Assembly: GCA_016649715.1 (NCBI GenBank)
Contig: JAENXC010000014.1
Span: 33,813 to 97,812, forward strand
Direction of reading: 5' to 3'
DNA: 64,000 nucleotides
DNA from: Flavobacteriaceae bacterium
Lineage (GTDB): Bacteria; Bacteroidota; Bacteroidia; Flavobacteriales; Flavobacteriaceae
Part shown: positions 29,867 to 40,017 of the stretch, piece by piece
Numbering within the stretch: position 1 is the stretch's first letter
Layout of the letters: the number at the start of each line of letters is the position of its first letter
The notes under the pieces: model-generated
The model's database searches: none
Seen by the model: the letters and a program-made list of their open reading frames with translations, nothing else
Told to the model about the DNA's origin: nothing
Position numbers and translations under genes: made by a program

Positions 29867-30545
29867 TCTTTTTTGCGGCACGCAAACAATGGTGGCGCAG
29901 GATAAGAATGAAACAACCACCGACACCATTCCGAAAATTGAAAAATACGGATTGCGCGTTGGGGTAGATTTGGCAAAACCTTTCCGGACCTTGATTGAAG
30001 ACGGTTATTCGGGTTTTGAAGTTACTGGCGATTTCCGTGTTACCAAAAAGTTTTACGCCGCCGTAGAACTGGGCAACGAAAAGAAAGATTGGGTGGAACC
30101 CTATATTTCTTCCAAAACCAGCGGCAGCTACGCCAAAATAGGTTTTGATTACAACGCCTATGAAAATTGGTTGGGAATGGAAAACGCAATTACAATGGGG
30201 CTTCGCTATGGTTTTTCAACATTCAAACAGGAACTTGTGAGTTACAGGATTTATACTGACAATCCCGCTTTTCCCACTCAAACAATTTATGAACCGCAAG
30301 AATTCAGCGGATTAACGGCACATTGGGTCGAACTGATAATTGGCGTGAAAACTGAAATACTGAACAATCTTTACCTTTCTATAAACGTCCAACTAAAACG
30401 AAAAATCACAGAGGACGAACCCGCAAATTTCGCAAATCTATATATCCCGGGCTTCAACAGGACTTATGATTACAGCAAGTTTGGAGTGGGTTATGGATAT
30501 TCCGTTTCGTATCTAATCCCAATTTTTAAGAAACAAAGCCCTTAG
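29829..30545 (+). CDS. Outer-membrane beta-barrel protein (DUF6048-like)
   Basis: Signal peptide; YGLRVGVDLAK, alternating beta pattern and YIPGFN. Confidence 0.7.
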   Translation: MMKIAPTLLCCISLFCGTQTMVAQDKNETTTDTIPKIEKYGLRVGVDLAKPFRTLIEDGYSGFEVTGDFRVTKKFYAAVELGNEKKDWVEPYISSKTSGSYAKIGFDYNAYENWLGMENAITMGLRYGFSTFKQELVSYRIYTDNPAFPTQTIYEPQEFSGLTAHWVELIIGVKTEILNNLYLSINVQLKRKITEDEPANFANLYIPGFNRTYDYSKFGVGYGYSVSYLIPIFKKQSP

Positions 30546-30683
30546 GAAATTGAAGTTGTTGTTGAAGTTGAAGATGAAGATGAAAAGTCCCCTAACCCCC
30601 ATGGGGGAATCAACGCCTGCCCCCTGTATGAGGAATCTCGAATTAACAAATTAACGAATCCCTAATCCCTAATCCCTAAAAAA

Positions 30684-31025
30684 ATGATAACATTATACCA
30701 CAACCCGCGCTGCAGTAAATCACGCCAAGCCTTGAACCTTCTGGAAGCAGAAGGGGAAACCATAGAAATTGTGAATTATCTTGAAAATCCGCCATCGCAC
30801 CAAATACTGAAACAGGTGATTGAACTGCTCGGAATTAAACCAATAGAATTGGTCCGAACCCAAGAAGCTGAATGGAAAGAAAATTTTAAAGGCAAAAAAC
30901 TTTCCGACACTGAAATTATTGAAGCAATGATAAAATACCCCAAACTCATCGAGCGTCCCATCGCCATAAAAGGCACACATGCCGTAATTGGTAGACCTCC
31001 GGAAAAAGTGCTGGATATTTTATAG
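30684..31025 (+). CDS. arsC: Arsenate reductase (glutaredoxin-dependent ArsC family)
   Basis: YHNPRCSKSR active site and LIERPI...IGRP; no ars operon nearby, so the substrate is uncertain. Confidence 0.85.
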   Translation: MITLYHNPRCSKSRQALNLLEAEGETIEIVNYLENPPSHQILKQVIELLGIKPIELVRTQEAEWKENFKGKKLSDTEIIEAMIKYPKLIERPIAIKGTHAVIGRPPEKVLDIL

Positions 31026-31049
31026 GCTTCGAATTTTAAAGATTAACAG

Positions 31050-31069
31050 ATTCCCTCCTTCACGGGAAT
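31050..31069. repeat. ATTCCC-N8-GGGAAT palindrome with the same geometry as Neisseria dRS3
   Basis: ATTCCC TCCTTCAC GGGAAT downstream of arsC. Confidence 0.55.
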
Positions 31070-31143
31070 AGTTTTAACAGAAAATTAGCAATCCTTAATT
31101 AAACCACGGCTATTTTCGCAAGTCAAATGAGTTAAAAAAATTA

Positions 31144-33639
31144 ATGAAATATACCCTCTCCCTTCTGTTATTGTTCGCCACAACTATTATCTTCGCGCAA
31201 CACCCTGAAAAAAAACAAATTACCGTAAAAGGAACCATCCTTGAAGATGGCACCAACTATCCGTTGGAATACTCCACGGTTTCTTTCATAAATGCACAAG
31301 GAAAGACCATCACAGGTGGGATAACCGACACGGAAGGTAATTACAGCATAGAAGTACCCACGGGCGTTTATACCGTTAAATATGAGTTTATTTCCTATAA
31401 AGCCAAGCAACTCGCCAACCAAAACCTCACAAAAAACACCACCCTTCCCACGGTAAAATTGGCCTTGGATGCCGCCAACTTGGACGAAGTAGTTGTGCGT
31501 GCCGAAACCACCGAGGTACAAATTAGACTGGACAAAAAAATATACAACATAGGCAAAGACCTTACCGCTGGCGGGGCCACGGTGAGCGATGCCCTCAACA
31601 ACGTACCCTCCGTAACGGTAGATGTGGACGGCACCATTGCCCTCCGCGGAAATGAAAACGTAAAAATTCTGATCAACGGGAAACCGTCGGCCATTGCCGG
31701 TTTTGGTTCCACCGATGCCTTGCGCCAACTTCCTGCGGAAGCCATTGAGCGAGTGGAAGTGATTACTTCCCCTTCCGCCCGCTATGACGCCGAAGGAACC
31801 GCCGGAATCCTGAACATCATCCTTAAAAAGGAAAAAACGCTCGGTTTAAACGGTTCAATCAGCACCAGCATTGGTGTACCGCTGAACAGTAGCGCTTCGG
31901 GAAATATAAACCTACGTACGGATAAATTCAATATTTTCAATACAACGGGTGTTTATTACCGCAATGGCCCCGGAAAAGCTTATTTCGACAACCGATATTT
32001 TCCACGAACTGTTATAGACACTACAACTGGCGGAACTACAACCGTTCTACCCCAATTTGACCAAGTTATTGAAAATAGGAAATACGGCCGAATGGGAAAA
32101 GGTTTCAATACAAATTTGGGGATTGAGTATTTTTTGAGCGATAAATCCTCGGTAACTGCTAGCGGTTTCTACAGAAAAGGTGACGGCGATGACCAAACCA
32201 CAAACAATACGACAAATTACAACAATGGAATTGTAGCAGAACAAAGCGTCCGCAAAGAGAATCAAATTGAGGATGATACAAATTATCAGTTTTCATTAAA
32301 CTATGTAAACAATTTCAGCGACAAAGGCCATAAGCTTACCGCCGATTTTCAGTATGACCGCGGCGAGGATTCTGAACGATCGCTAATAACCGAAGAGCAG
32401 AACTTGCCCAATTTTGAAATCCTTCCAGCCGAGGATATTCTTAAAAAAGTAAGCCAAACCGAATATCTGGCTCAAGCCGATTATGTTTTGCCAATAGGCG
32501 AAAACGCCCAGTTTGAAGCCGGTTACCGCGGTAATTTTCAGGAAACAAAAACAGATTATGCCTTGTTTGAGGAAACAGGAACTACTGGCATTTTTGTTCG
32601 GAATGACGATCTTTCAAACGTTTTTACTTATGACCAAAACGTAAACGCCATCTATTCGCAATACGGAAATAAATTCGGAAAGTTTTCATTCCTTTTGGGG
32701 CTTCGCCTTGAAAATACGCAACTCAAAGGAAAGGTCGATGCCGAAAATATTCCGCAGAACATTCCTTTCGACCTAAATTTTGACAAAGACTACACAGGTC
32801 TTTTTCCCACCGTTAATTTGACTTATGAATTGAAGGAAAACGAAAACATAACGCTTGGCTACAACCGCCGTATCAACCGTCCTCGGCATTGGTACATCAA
32901 TCCTTTCCCTTCCCGATCCAGCGAGGCGAATGTTTACCAAGGAAACCCCGATTTGGATCCAGCTTATGCAAGCGCTTTTGACCTAGGTTATTTAAAACGT
33001 TGGAAAAAACTTACGCTGACAACTTCACTTTATTATCAACACGAAACCGATGCCTTTGAGCGCGTTCAGGAGGAAACTGGCGAAGTAACCAGTAACGGTA
33101 TCCCCATTATCAGAACACTGCCCATCAATCTCTCAACCAATGATCGCTACGGTTTTGAATTGGGCTTGCTTTACAATCCGTACAAATGGCTCACACTAAA
33201 CGGAAGTTTTAACTATTTCCAATTTAAGACCGAAGGTTTTTATAATGAAAAAGATTACGGCGCAGAGAACACGAGCTATTTTGGGCGTTTCAGCAGTAAA
33301 GTGAAACTTCCCGCAAAAATTGATTGGCAAACCAACGCATTTTACCGAGGACCTTCTAACAGTGCGCAAACCGAAACCGATGGAATCCTTTCCGTAGATA
33401 TGGCGATGAGCAAAGATATAATCAACGACAATGCAACTTTGGCTTTAAACGTGAGCGATCTTTTCAACACTCGAAAAAGAAACAGTTTTACTAGCACCGA
33501 AACTTTTACCAGTGAAAGTGAGTTCCAATGGAGGCAGCGGCAAGTAACGCTTACATTTACCTATCGTTTCAATCAGAAAAAACAACGGCAACGTCCCAAA
33601 GGAATGGGTGGCGATGACGAAGGTGGGTTTGAGGGATAA
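31144..33639 (+). CDS. TonB-dependent receptor / outer-membrane beta-barrel family protein
   Basis: CarboxypepD_reg-like N-domain; plug motifs LNNVPSVTVD and ITSPSARYDAEGTAGILNIILKK; GNPDLDP. Confidence 0.88.
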   Translation: MKYTLSLLLLFATTIIFAQHPEKKQITVKGTILEDGTNYPLEYSTVSFINAQGKTITGGITDTEGNYSIEVPTGVYTVKYEFISYKAKQLANQNLTKNTTLPTVKLALDAANLDEVVVRAETTEVQIRLDKKIYNIGKDLTAGGATVSDALNNVPSVTVDVDGTIALRGNENVKILINGKPSAIAGFGSTDALRQLPAEAIERVEVITSPSARYDAEGTAGILNIILKKEKTLGLNGSISTSIGVPLNSSASGNINLRTDKFNIFNTTGVYYRNGPGKAYFDNRYFPRTVIDTTTGGTTTVLPQFDQVIENRKYGRMGKGFNTNLGIEYFLSDKSSVTASGFYRKGDGDDQTTNNTTNYNNGIVAEQSVRKENQIEDDTNYQFSLNYVNNFSDKGHKLTADFQYDRGEDSERSLITEEQNLPNFEILPAEDILKKVSQTEYLAQADYVLPIGENAQFEAGYRGNFQETKTDYALFEETGTTGIFVRNDDLSNVFTYDQNVNAIYSQYGNKFGKFSFLLGLRLENTQLKGKVDAENIPQNIPFDLNFDKDYTGLFPTVNLTYELKENENITLGYNRRINRPRHWYINPFPSRSSEANVYQGNPDLDPAYASAFDLGYLKRWKKLTLTTSLYYQHETDAFERVQEETGEVTSNGIPIIRTLPINLSTNDRYGFELGLLYNPYKWLTLNGSFNYFQFKTEGFYNEKDYGAENTSYFGRFSSKVKLPAKIDWQTNAFYRGPSNSAQTETDGILSVDMAMSKDIINDNATLALNVSDLFNTRKRNSFTSTETFTSESEFQWRQRQVTLTFTYRFNQKKQRQRPKGMGGDDEGGFEG

Positions 33640-33698
33640 GCTCCCTAACCCGCGGCGGCGGGGTACTCTTGCTCAAATATACACCTGTTTTTAAAGCA

Positions 33699-33730
33699 AA
33701 AAAAGGGAACCAAATTGGTTCCCTTTTCTT
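33699..33730. terminator. Bidirectional terminator
   Basis: AAAAAAGGGAACC-AAATT-GGTTCCCTTTTCTT. Confidence 0.8.
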
Positions 33731-33750
33731 ATAAGGTATATATTGAAAAA

Positions 33751-33921
33751 TTATTTCAATTTTTTGCTTTTCTTTTCCTCACGTTTCATTTTCCAGCTTT
33801 CGTAAAGCGAGCCACCAATCCAATAAGGAAGGATACCCACCAAAAAGAACATCAGCCAAAACCCGATGGTCACTACGACCATAATCGCGATAAATCCTAA
33901 GTATTGTTCAAAAGTAAACAT
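33751..33921 (-). CDS. 56-aa small membrane protein missed by the ORF track
   Basis: Manual translation MFTFEQYLGFIAIMVVVTIGFWLMFFLVGILPYWIGGSLYESWKMKREEKKSKKLK: one long hydrophobic segment and a basic tail, ending just before the terminator. Confidence 0.72.
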   Translation of the reverse strand: MFTFEQYLGFIAIMVVVTIGFWLMFFLVGILPYWIGGSLYESWKMKREEKKSKKLK

Positions 33922-34022
33922 GATGTGGCTTTTTAAAATGATGGTTCAAAGATAAAAGGTTTTTTTGATAAACGACAACAAAACGCTCCGATTTATTCAC
34001 AACAAATTAACAGCCGTGCGGG

Positions 34023-34053
34023 TTGAACAACTTTTGGCTTTTCCGTACCTTTG
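34023..34053 (+). promoter_or_regulatory. Bacteroidota housekeeping promoter for fumC
   Basis: TTG (34023-25), a 20-nt spacer, then TACCTTTG (34046-53). Confidence 0.7.
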
Positions 34054-34060
34054 CATCGTG

Positions 34061-34342
34061 CACCGAAGCTTTAGCGAAGGGGCATCACTCGAACTCCGAA
34101 GCTCTTTGTGCATCGTAGCTTTAGCGTAGTTGCATAGCGAAGGGGTTCAAATAGTTAAAAATAAACCACATTGGATTGAAGTGCAATATATTTTTAAAAC
34201 AGACTGAAAGCCTGCCTTGCCGGCAGGCAGGTCTGTTAAATTCGTAAAAATAAAAACACTACCAGCTGTGGAAATATTTTCAACAGAAGAATAGATTAGT
34301 GATAACCTGCCTGCCGACAGGCAGGTTCGTGCTATTCGTGGC
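34061..34342. repeat. Repeat-filled fumC leader
   Basis: GAAGCTTTAGCGAAG-type palindromes at 34061-34144; CCTGC..GCAGG cassettes at 34211-34231 and 34306-34325; TTCGTG..ATTCGTGGC unit at 34326-34342. Confidence 0.75.
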
Positions 34343-34403
34343 AGAAATATATAACACGTAAAACGAAATGTAACAATTTTTAAGACCAATAAATCCATTC
34401 ACA

Positions 34404-35789
34404 ATGCAATACAGAATAGAAAAAGACACCATGGGCGAGGTAAAAGTACCTGCCGATAAACTTTGGGGCGCACAAACAGAGCGTTCTTTTGAAAATTTTA
34501 AAATCGGCCCAAAAGCTTCGATGCCGTTGGAAATAATTTACGGTTTTGCTTACCTAAAAAAAGCGGCGGCCTACACCAATTGTGAGCTCGGTGTTCTTTC
34601 CGAAGAAAAAAGGGATTTGATTGCAAAAGTGTGCGATGAAATTTTAGACGGAAAACACGACGACCAGTTTCCACTCGTAATCTGGCAGACCGGAAGCGGC
34701 ACCCAAAGCAATATGAACGTCAATGAAGTGATTGCGAACCGCGCCCACCAACTCGCTGGAAAAACCATTGGGGAAGGCGAAAAAACGCTACAACCGAATG
34801 ACGATGTTAACAAATCACAATCCTCTAATGATACTTTCCCAACGGGAATGCACATTGCCGCCTATAAAAAACTGATTGAAACCACCCTTCCCGGCCTTGA
34901 GCAACTTCAGAAAACACTTTCAAAAAAAGCTGAGGAATTTAAAAGTGTGGTGAAAATAGGCCGTACCCACTTTATGGATGCCACTCCCCTAACCCTTGGG
35001 CAGGAATTCAGTGGTTATGCCGCACAACTGCAGCACGGAATCAAAGCGCTGAAAAATACACTTCCACATTTAGCAGAGCTCGCTCTGGGCGGAACTGCCG
35101 TAGGGACTGGTTTGAACACCCCAAAAGGCTACGACGTAAAAGTTGCTGGTTACATTGCCAAATTTACCGACTTACCTTTTGTAACCGCAAAGAATAAATT
35201 TGAAGCCCTTGCCGCACACGACGCATTTGTTGAAAGTCATGGCGCATTAAAACAACTGGCTGTTTCATTGAACAAAATAGCAAACGATGTGAGAATGTTG
35301 GCCAGCGGCCCCCGAAGCGGCATTGGCGAAATAAACATTCCCGCAAACGAGCCTGGCTCCTCCATTATGCCCGGAAAAGTGAACCCAACACAGTGCGAGG
35401 CCTTAACAATGGTAAGCGCACAGGTAATTGGTAACGATATGGCAATAACCGTGGGTGGAATGCAGGGCCAGTTTGAACTGAACGTTTTTAAACCAGTTAT
35501 GGCCGCTAATTTCCTTCAATCTGCACAATTGATTGGCGATGCCTGTGTTTCTTTCGATATTCACTGCGCACAGGGAATTGAACCCAATTACGAAGTGATC
35601 AAAAAACAATTGAACAACAGTTTGATGCTCGTTACCGCTTTGAACCCAAAAATAGGTTATTACAAAGCCGCTGAAATAGCAAATACCGCACATAAAAATG
35701 GAACTACCCTAAAAGTAGAGGCCGTGAATCTTGGTTATGTAACCGCCGAAGAATTTGATGAGTGGGTAAAGCCGGAAGATATGGTTTAA
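34404..35789 (+). CDS. fumC: Class II fumarate hydratase
   Basis: [18 protein letters not shown] and [15 protein letters not shown] signature. Confidence 0.98.
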   Translation: MQYRIEKDTMGEVKVPADKLWGAQTERSFENFKIGPKASMPLEIIYGFAYLKKAAAYTNCELGVLSEEKRDLIAKVCDEILDGKHDDQFPLVIWQTGSGTQSNMNVNEVIANRAHQLAGKTIGEGEKTLQPNDDVNKSQSSNDTFPTGMHIAAYKKLIETTLPGLEQLQKTLSKKAEEFKSVVKIGRTHFMDATPLTLGQEFSGYAAQLQHGIKALKNTLPHLAELALGGTAVGTGLNTPKGYDVKVAGYIAKFTDLPFVTAKNKFEALAAHDAFVESHGALKQLAVSLNKIANDVRMLASGPRSGIGEINIPANEPGSSIMPGKVNPTQCEALTMVSAQVIGNDMAITVGGMQGQFELNVFKPVMAANFLQSAQLIGDACVSFDIHCAQGIEPNYEVIKKQLNNSLMLVTALNPKIGYYKAAEIANTAHKNGTTLKVEAVNLGYVTAEEFDEWVKPEDMV

Positions 35790-35827
35790 TAGACGGTAGT
35801 CAATAGACTTTAGACTGTAGTTTTTAG

Positions 35828-35873
35828 ACCACGAATTCACGAATACTTATATAAGTATTCGTGAATTCGTGGT
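35828..35873. repeat. Perfect 46-bp palindrome of two GCCACGAATTCACGAAT-family units
   Basis: ACCACGAATTCACGAATACTTAT followed by ATAAGTATTCGTGAATTCGTGGT, between convergent fumC and ccsA. Confidence 0.92.
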
Positions 35874-35880
35874 TTTATAT

Positions 35881-38800
35881 TTATGCTTTTGATTTCTTCT
35901 TCTTCCCATAAAACTTCTTATGCCTAAAATACGCCACAACACTTAAAATTATTGCAAACAGCGTTATCCACCAAACAAAAGTCGGCGTGGCTGGCGCATC
36001 GCCACTGGCGTAGGAATGTAGTCCACTTAGGTAGAAATTTACCCCAAAATAGGTCATCATAATGGAAGCATAGGCGAAAAGCGCAAAGACATTAAACGTC
36101 CAACGTCCGCGCAAGCCGGGGACCAATCTGGCATGGATTACAAAAGCGTAAACCATAATACTTATCAACGCCCAAGTTTCCTTTGGGTCCCAACCCCAGT
36201 AACGGCCCCAACTCTCGTTGGCCCATTGGCCGCCCAAAAAGTTTCCAATTGTCAGCAACACCAAACCAACGGTCAGCGCCATTTCGGTAACAACGGTCAG
36301 CTCGCTGATGTTGATTTCCATATTTTTATAATTGCCCTTTGTTGTAAAAATCATAAGGAAAAGAGACGTCATCGCCAAAATCATTCCCAGGGTAAACGGC
36401 CCGTAGCTCATTACAATTACTGCCACGTGTATCATCAACCAATAGCTGTCCAAAACAGGTTGCAAGTTTGCTATTGAAGGATCCAGCCAGTTTTGGTGCG
36501 CAACCCAAAGGATTATCGCCCCAGCAAAGGCAGTGGATGCCACGGTTAAATCACTCTTTCTCCCGAAAGCCAATCCGAAGAAGATCGTTGCCCAACCCAC
36601 ATAAACTACAGATTCATAAGCATCACTCCACGGTGCGTGGCCGCTCACATACCAACGCAGGGCTAGGCCGAGCGTCAACAAAGCGAAGAAAATCCACATC
36701 AATATTTTGGAACCTTTTATCAATACTCTCAGTATTTTTCGATCCTTAAAAAGTTGGGCAATTATAAATACCAACATCAGAATACCGAATACTGCAAAAT
36801 ATTTGTAAAGCCGGTTGAAAATATCCGCTTCATTATAGATGGTTTCCGCTCGCAATTTGTTTTCAGAAGGCATTACTTCGGCTCCATATTTTTTCTGAAA
36901 ATTGGTAATGCTTTCCAAAAATTCATTGGCTTGGGTATAATCGCCTGTTTCGCGTGCTTTTTTCAGACTATCAAAGTAGAGCGGAAGTATATTTCGGGCA
37001 TACAATGAATCCATTCCCTTTAAATTCGCTTCGCCCAGCTCTGGGTATGAAACCCACTTGTTGCCTTCATCGCCCGGAATTGGAAATATTTTCAGAATAC
37101 TTCCGCTTAAGGCGGCATTCAGCAATGAAAAATTTTCGTGTGCCTTAATAAAATCTTTTTGAAACTGGTTCGGATTTGAGGTGCGGGTGGCAGCTTCCAA
37201 ATAGGGCTCCAATTTATAGTTTCCCTTCGAATCAAAAAGATCCAACAGTGCAATATCTTTTTGTCCCTCTGGCAAACCGGCCACGTGGCGAATACTGTCA
37301 TTGCCGCGTTTTAGGGCAATCAGCGGCACTTCCACCCAAAGTCTTGGAAATTCCGTCATCGAGATAAAAACCTGATTGGCGTCTAAACCTTCATAACTGC
37401 CGCTGCGGCTTATTTTCCGTAACAATTCACTCGCAAAAGTGTTTATAGGCTTCATCCGCCCATTGTCCTGAATTATCAAATGGCCAAATTTTGCGGCGTG
37501 TTCCTTGCTTACGGCATTTGCTTTTATGAGCGAATCTATTTGTTGTTTTGGAACTGTAGTGTGGGCAGGCTCTTTCGCAACTTGCGCCATTCCCGAAAGG
37601 GAAACGAACAATGCCAGTAACATCGTCATCCTAGCTTTCTTTTTCTTGATACGGTTGAGAATTTTTTCTAGATTTTTAAAACGGCTTCCGTTAAAGAATA
37701 GAATTCCCATCAACCCAATATACAACAGAAAATAGCCGATGTAGGTAATCCAAGTTCCCCACCAGTCGTGGTTTACGGACAGGATTGTTCCGCCCTCATC
37801 AGGGTCAAAACCCGATTGGAAAAAACGATACCCGTTATGGTCCAGCACGTTGTTCATAAAAATGTCGGCATCAAAATGGGTTTTGTCGGCGTCAATGACC
37901 GTCACTTTACTTTTGAAAGAAGAATAGCCTTTCTCAGTACCCGGATATTTTGTGGCAATAAATTTATTCAACGTAATGCTGAAAGGCAAATCGACACTTT
38001 CGGAACCGTATCCCATATATACTTTCAATCCCGCAATATCGGTTTCGGTGGGGCTGATAGCCGTACCTTTTCCGCCTAAAAGTTCCACGGTTTTGGTTTC
38101 ATCTTTCGAGGAAACTTCCAAAATAAGCGCATCTTGGTTTGAAGGTTCGCCTGCTCCCGCTTTTACTACGCCAAATTTTCCTTTGGTAATGGGTTCTGGA
38201 ACTACAAATGAAATTCCAGCCATTCTGTAAAGCGATCGCAAGTTAAAAGGCTGCAAACTATCTGCCACTACTTCGCCCTGCATCTGGTCTGCCATTCTCA
38301 TAAAATTTCCTTCAAATGGACTGGAAATAGTGTAGTTTCCCTCTTCGGAATACGTAATATTTATTGCGCCTTCAGTGGGTTTGTTTATGGCGAAAAGAAT
38401 GTTGTGAATGTCTGAAACCTCCCCCACTTTCACCCAATGGTCGTGGCGTTCGCCGTCTCCCGATTCTACTATTTTAAGATATTCTTCCCCATTTTCAGAT
38501 TTTGTCAATCCTTCAATTGCGCCGCTGATATAGTCTTTAAATTTAATGGTTACGGGTTGGTCGTTGTAATCGGTATTGATTGTGAAGTTGTTGTTCAGTT
38601 TTTCTGAAAGCCTGAGTTTTTTCGGCTTCAATTTTCTGCGTTGTGCCACGCCATCAATCATATAATCGCCATCTATAAAAACATCCAAATAAGTTTGGTC
38701 TGAAAGTATGGAATTTTCTGTTTGCCCTTCGCGAATGTGCATCACCCCTTCAAAACCAATATAACGGGTAACGAAAGCGCCAAAAATTACCAAAATGAAA

Positions 38801-39063
38801 GCCAAATGTAGTGTCAGCGAGGCCCACATTTTTCGCTTGTGTAGATTGTACCTAAAAATATTCCCGATGAAGTTGATTACAAACAGCAACATAATTGCCT
38901 CGAACCACCAAGCGTTGTAGATAAGCTCTCTGGTATAAGGGGTTGGCGGACTTTGTGAATCTGAGTCCAAAAAGGTTCCAGCTGCCATTGCGGCGGCAAA
39001 AACAAGAAATAAAACGGCTGTTAAACGGGTGGAGAAAAGAACGGAAGCTATCTTTTTAAGCAT
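35881..39063 (-). CDS. ccsA: Fused System II cytochrome c biogenesis protein (ResB-like plus CcsA/ResC)
   Basis: Start MLKKIASV at 39063 after a -7 element TAAATTTG (39081-88); WANESWGRYWGWDPKETW WWD domain, conserved His and NFYLSGLHSYA. Confidence 0.92.
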   Translation of the reverse strand: MLKKIASVLFSTRLTAVLFLVFAAAMAAGTFLDSDSQSPPTPYTRELIYNAWWFEAIMLLFVINFIGNIFRYNLHKRKMWASLTLHLAFILVIFGAFVTRYIGFEGVMHIREGQTENSILSDQTYLDVFIDGDYMIDGVAQRRKLKPKKLRLSEKLNNNFTINTDYNDQPVTIKFKDYISGAIEGLTKSENGEEYLKIVESGDGERHDHWVKVGEVSDIHNILFAINKPTEGAINITYSEEGNYTISSPFEGNFMRMADQMQGEVVADSLQPFNLRSLYRMAGISFVVPEPITKGKFGVVKAGAGEPSNQDALILEVSSKDETKTVELLGGKGTAISPTETDIAGLKVYMGYGSESVDLPFSITLNKFIATKYPGTEKGYSSFKSKVTVIDADKTHFDADIFMNNVLDHNGYRFFQSGFDPDEGGTILSVNHDWWGTWITYIGYFLLYIGLMGILFFNGSRFKNLEKILNRIKKKKARMTMLLALFVSLSGMAQVAKEPAHTTVPKQQIDSLIKANAVSKEHAAKFGHLIIQDNGRMKPINTFASELLRKISRSGSYEGLDANQVFISMTEFPRLWVEVPLIALKRGNDSIRHVAGLPEGQKDIALLDLFDSKGNYKLEPYLEAATRTSNPNQFQKDFIKAHENFSLLNAALSGSILKIFPIPGDEGNKWVSYPELGEANLKGMDSLYARNILPLYFDSLKKARETGDYTQANEFLESITNFQKKYGAEVMPSENKLRAETIYNEADIFNRLYKYFAVFGILMLVFIIAQLFKDRKILRVLIKGSKILMWIFFALLTLGLALRWYVSGHAPWSDAYESVVYVGWATIFFGLAFGRKSDLTVASTAFAGAIILWVAHQNWLDPSIANLQPVLDSYWLMIHVAVIVMSYGPFTLGMILAMTSLFLMIFTTKGNYKNMEINISELTVVTEMALTVGLVLLTIGNFLGGQWANESWGRYWGWDPKETWALISIMVYAFVIHARLVPGLRGRWTFNVFALFAYASIMMTYFGVNFYLSGLHSYASGDAPATPTFVWWITLFAIILSVVAYFRHKKFYGKKKKSKA

Positions 39064-39245
39064 TACGGTAAATTTTGGAGCAAATTTATACAATTGCACC
39101 CATTTAAGCTACAAAAAACACATAGGACTTGATAACGTAAGACATAAGGTTATTTTCAAAACAACAAATTGGAGCTTAAGCAATTTATTCATCTTACGTC
39201 CTATGTCTTTCTGCCTTAAGCCTTTTAAAAGAAGGATTACTGGCC

Positions 39246-39644
39246 TTATTCAACCCTTTCCTTCCGGGCATTGAAAATATTCAAGTGAATGAAAGTGCCC
39301 ATATTCCGGGCGCGGTTTATCGCTATCTGTGCGGTTTCTCCTTCAAAAAGTTCGTTGACGGTCTCAAACCAAAGATTGATCCACGTTCCAAAGTGGAGCT
39401 CGTTGATGGTGCTGCCACATTTTTTATCCACTTCAACGTGGGCGTGCAATGGGTTTCCGAAGTATTTGCGTTTGTAGAGAAGATTGGTTTCCCAAAAATC
39501 GGTAAGCAGTTCAAGATGGGTTTTCCAATCCGTTATAATCCTGTTGAAAATAGGCCCGAGAAGTTCGTCTTTCCTCACTTTTGAATAGAACGTATTTACA
39601 AGCAAAGAAATATCCTCGCGGGATTCTATATTCTTTTTTGCCAT
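39246..39644 (-). CDS. Group III truncated hemoglobin
   Basis: Start MAKKNIESRED at 39644; LVNTFYSKVRKDELLGPIF, HLELLTDFW, NPLHAH, HFGTW and ARNM. Confidence 0.88.
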   Translation of the reverse strand: MAKKNIESREDISLLVNTFYSKVRKDELLGPIFNRIITDWKTHLELLTDFWETNLLYKRKYFGNPLHAHVEVDKKCGSTINELHFGTWINLWFETVNELFEGETAQIAINRARNMGTFIHLNIFNARKERVE

Positions 39645-39649
39645 TTTTT

Positions 39650-39937
39650 TTATAGCAAAGTTATTAAAATCAACAATATATTCACTGCCAAACTTACAGC
39701 AAGCAACCAAAATGCAAATTTCCTGTCGGATCCTGCCAACAAAGCCGCGTTGTAGCCCATACAAAGTGAAACACAAAGTGTCAATTCAATTCCTGAAATC
39801 AAGGAGGTGCCTTGGGCCAAAACAGTCATAGCCGCAACAGATCCAATACAACTGTTCAAAATAATGGTCAGCGGAATGTACATATAATAATCGCGTTCAA
39901 ACTCTTGCTGCAATGATTTTATGGATAGAGCCTTCAT
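39650..39937 (-). CDS. 95-aa membrane protein cotranscribed with the globin
   Basis: Three hydrophobic segments; stop is 5 nt upstream of the globin start; SCIGSVA and LCMGYNA. Confidence 0.7.
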   Translation of the reverse strand: MKALSIKSLQQEFERDYYMYIPLTIILNSCIGSVAAMTVLAQGTSLISGIELTLCVSLCMGYNAALLAGSDRKFAFWLLAVSLAVNILLILITLL

Positions 39938-39995
39938 AATATAATAGTGTTTAGCTTTTAAAGGTGTAAATTTACCACCCTAAACTGACCTTATT

Positions 39996-40013
39996 TTATG
40001 AGGCAAATCATAA
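39996..40013. promoter_or_regulatory. CRP/FNR-type palindromic operator in the divergent promoter
   Basis: TTATGA-GGCAAA-TCATAA has the N6 spacing of the CRP site TGTGA-N6-TCACA. Confidence 0.6.
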
Positions 40014-40017
40014 AGCG

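Noticed and set aside
33715-33900. Plus-strand 61-aa ORF
   Set aside because: It starts within a terminator and is the antisense shadow of the more plausible 56-aa minus-strand membrane ORF.
34252-34264. AAACACTACC resembling the right end of the 59446 MITE
   Set aside because: The match is only about 9 nt, with no partner TIR or target duplication nearby.
34147-34398. Minus-strand 83-aa ORF containing LSAGR and LPAGKAG
   Set aside because: These peptides are translations of the palindromic cassettes in the fumC leader; no coding signal.
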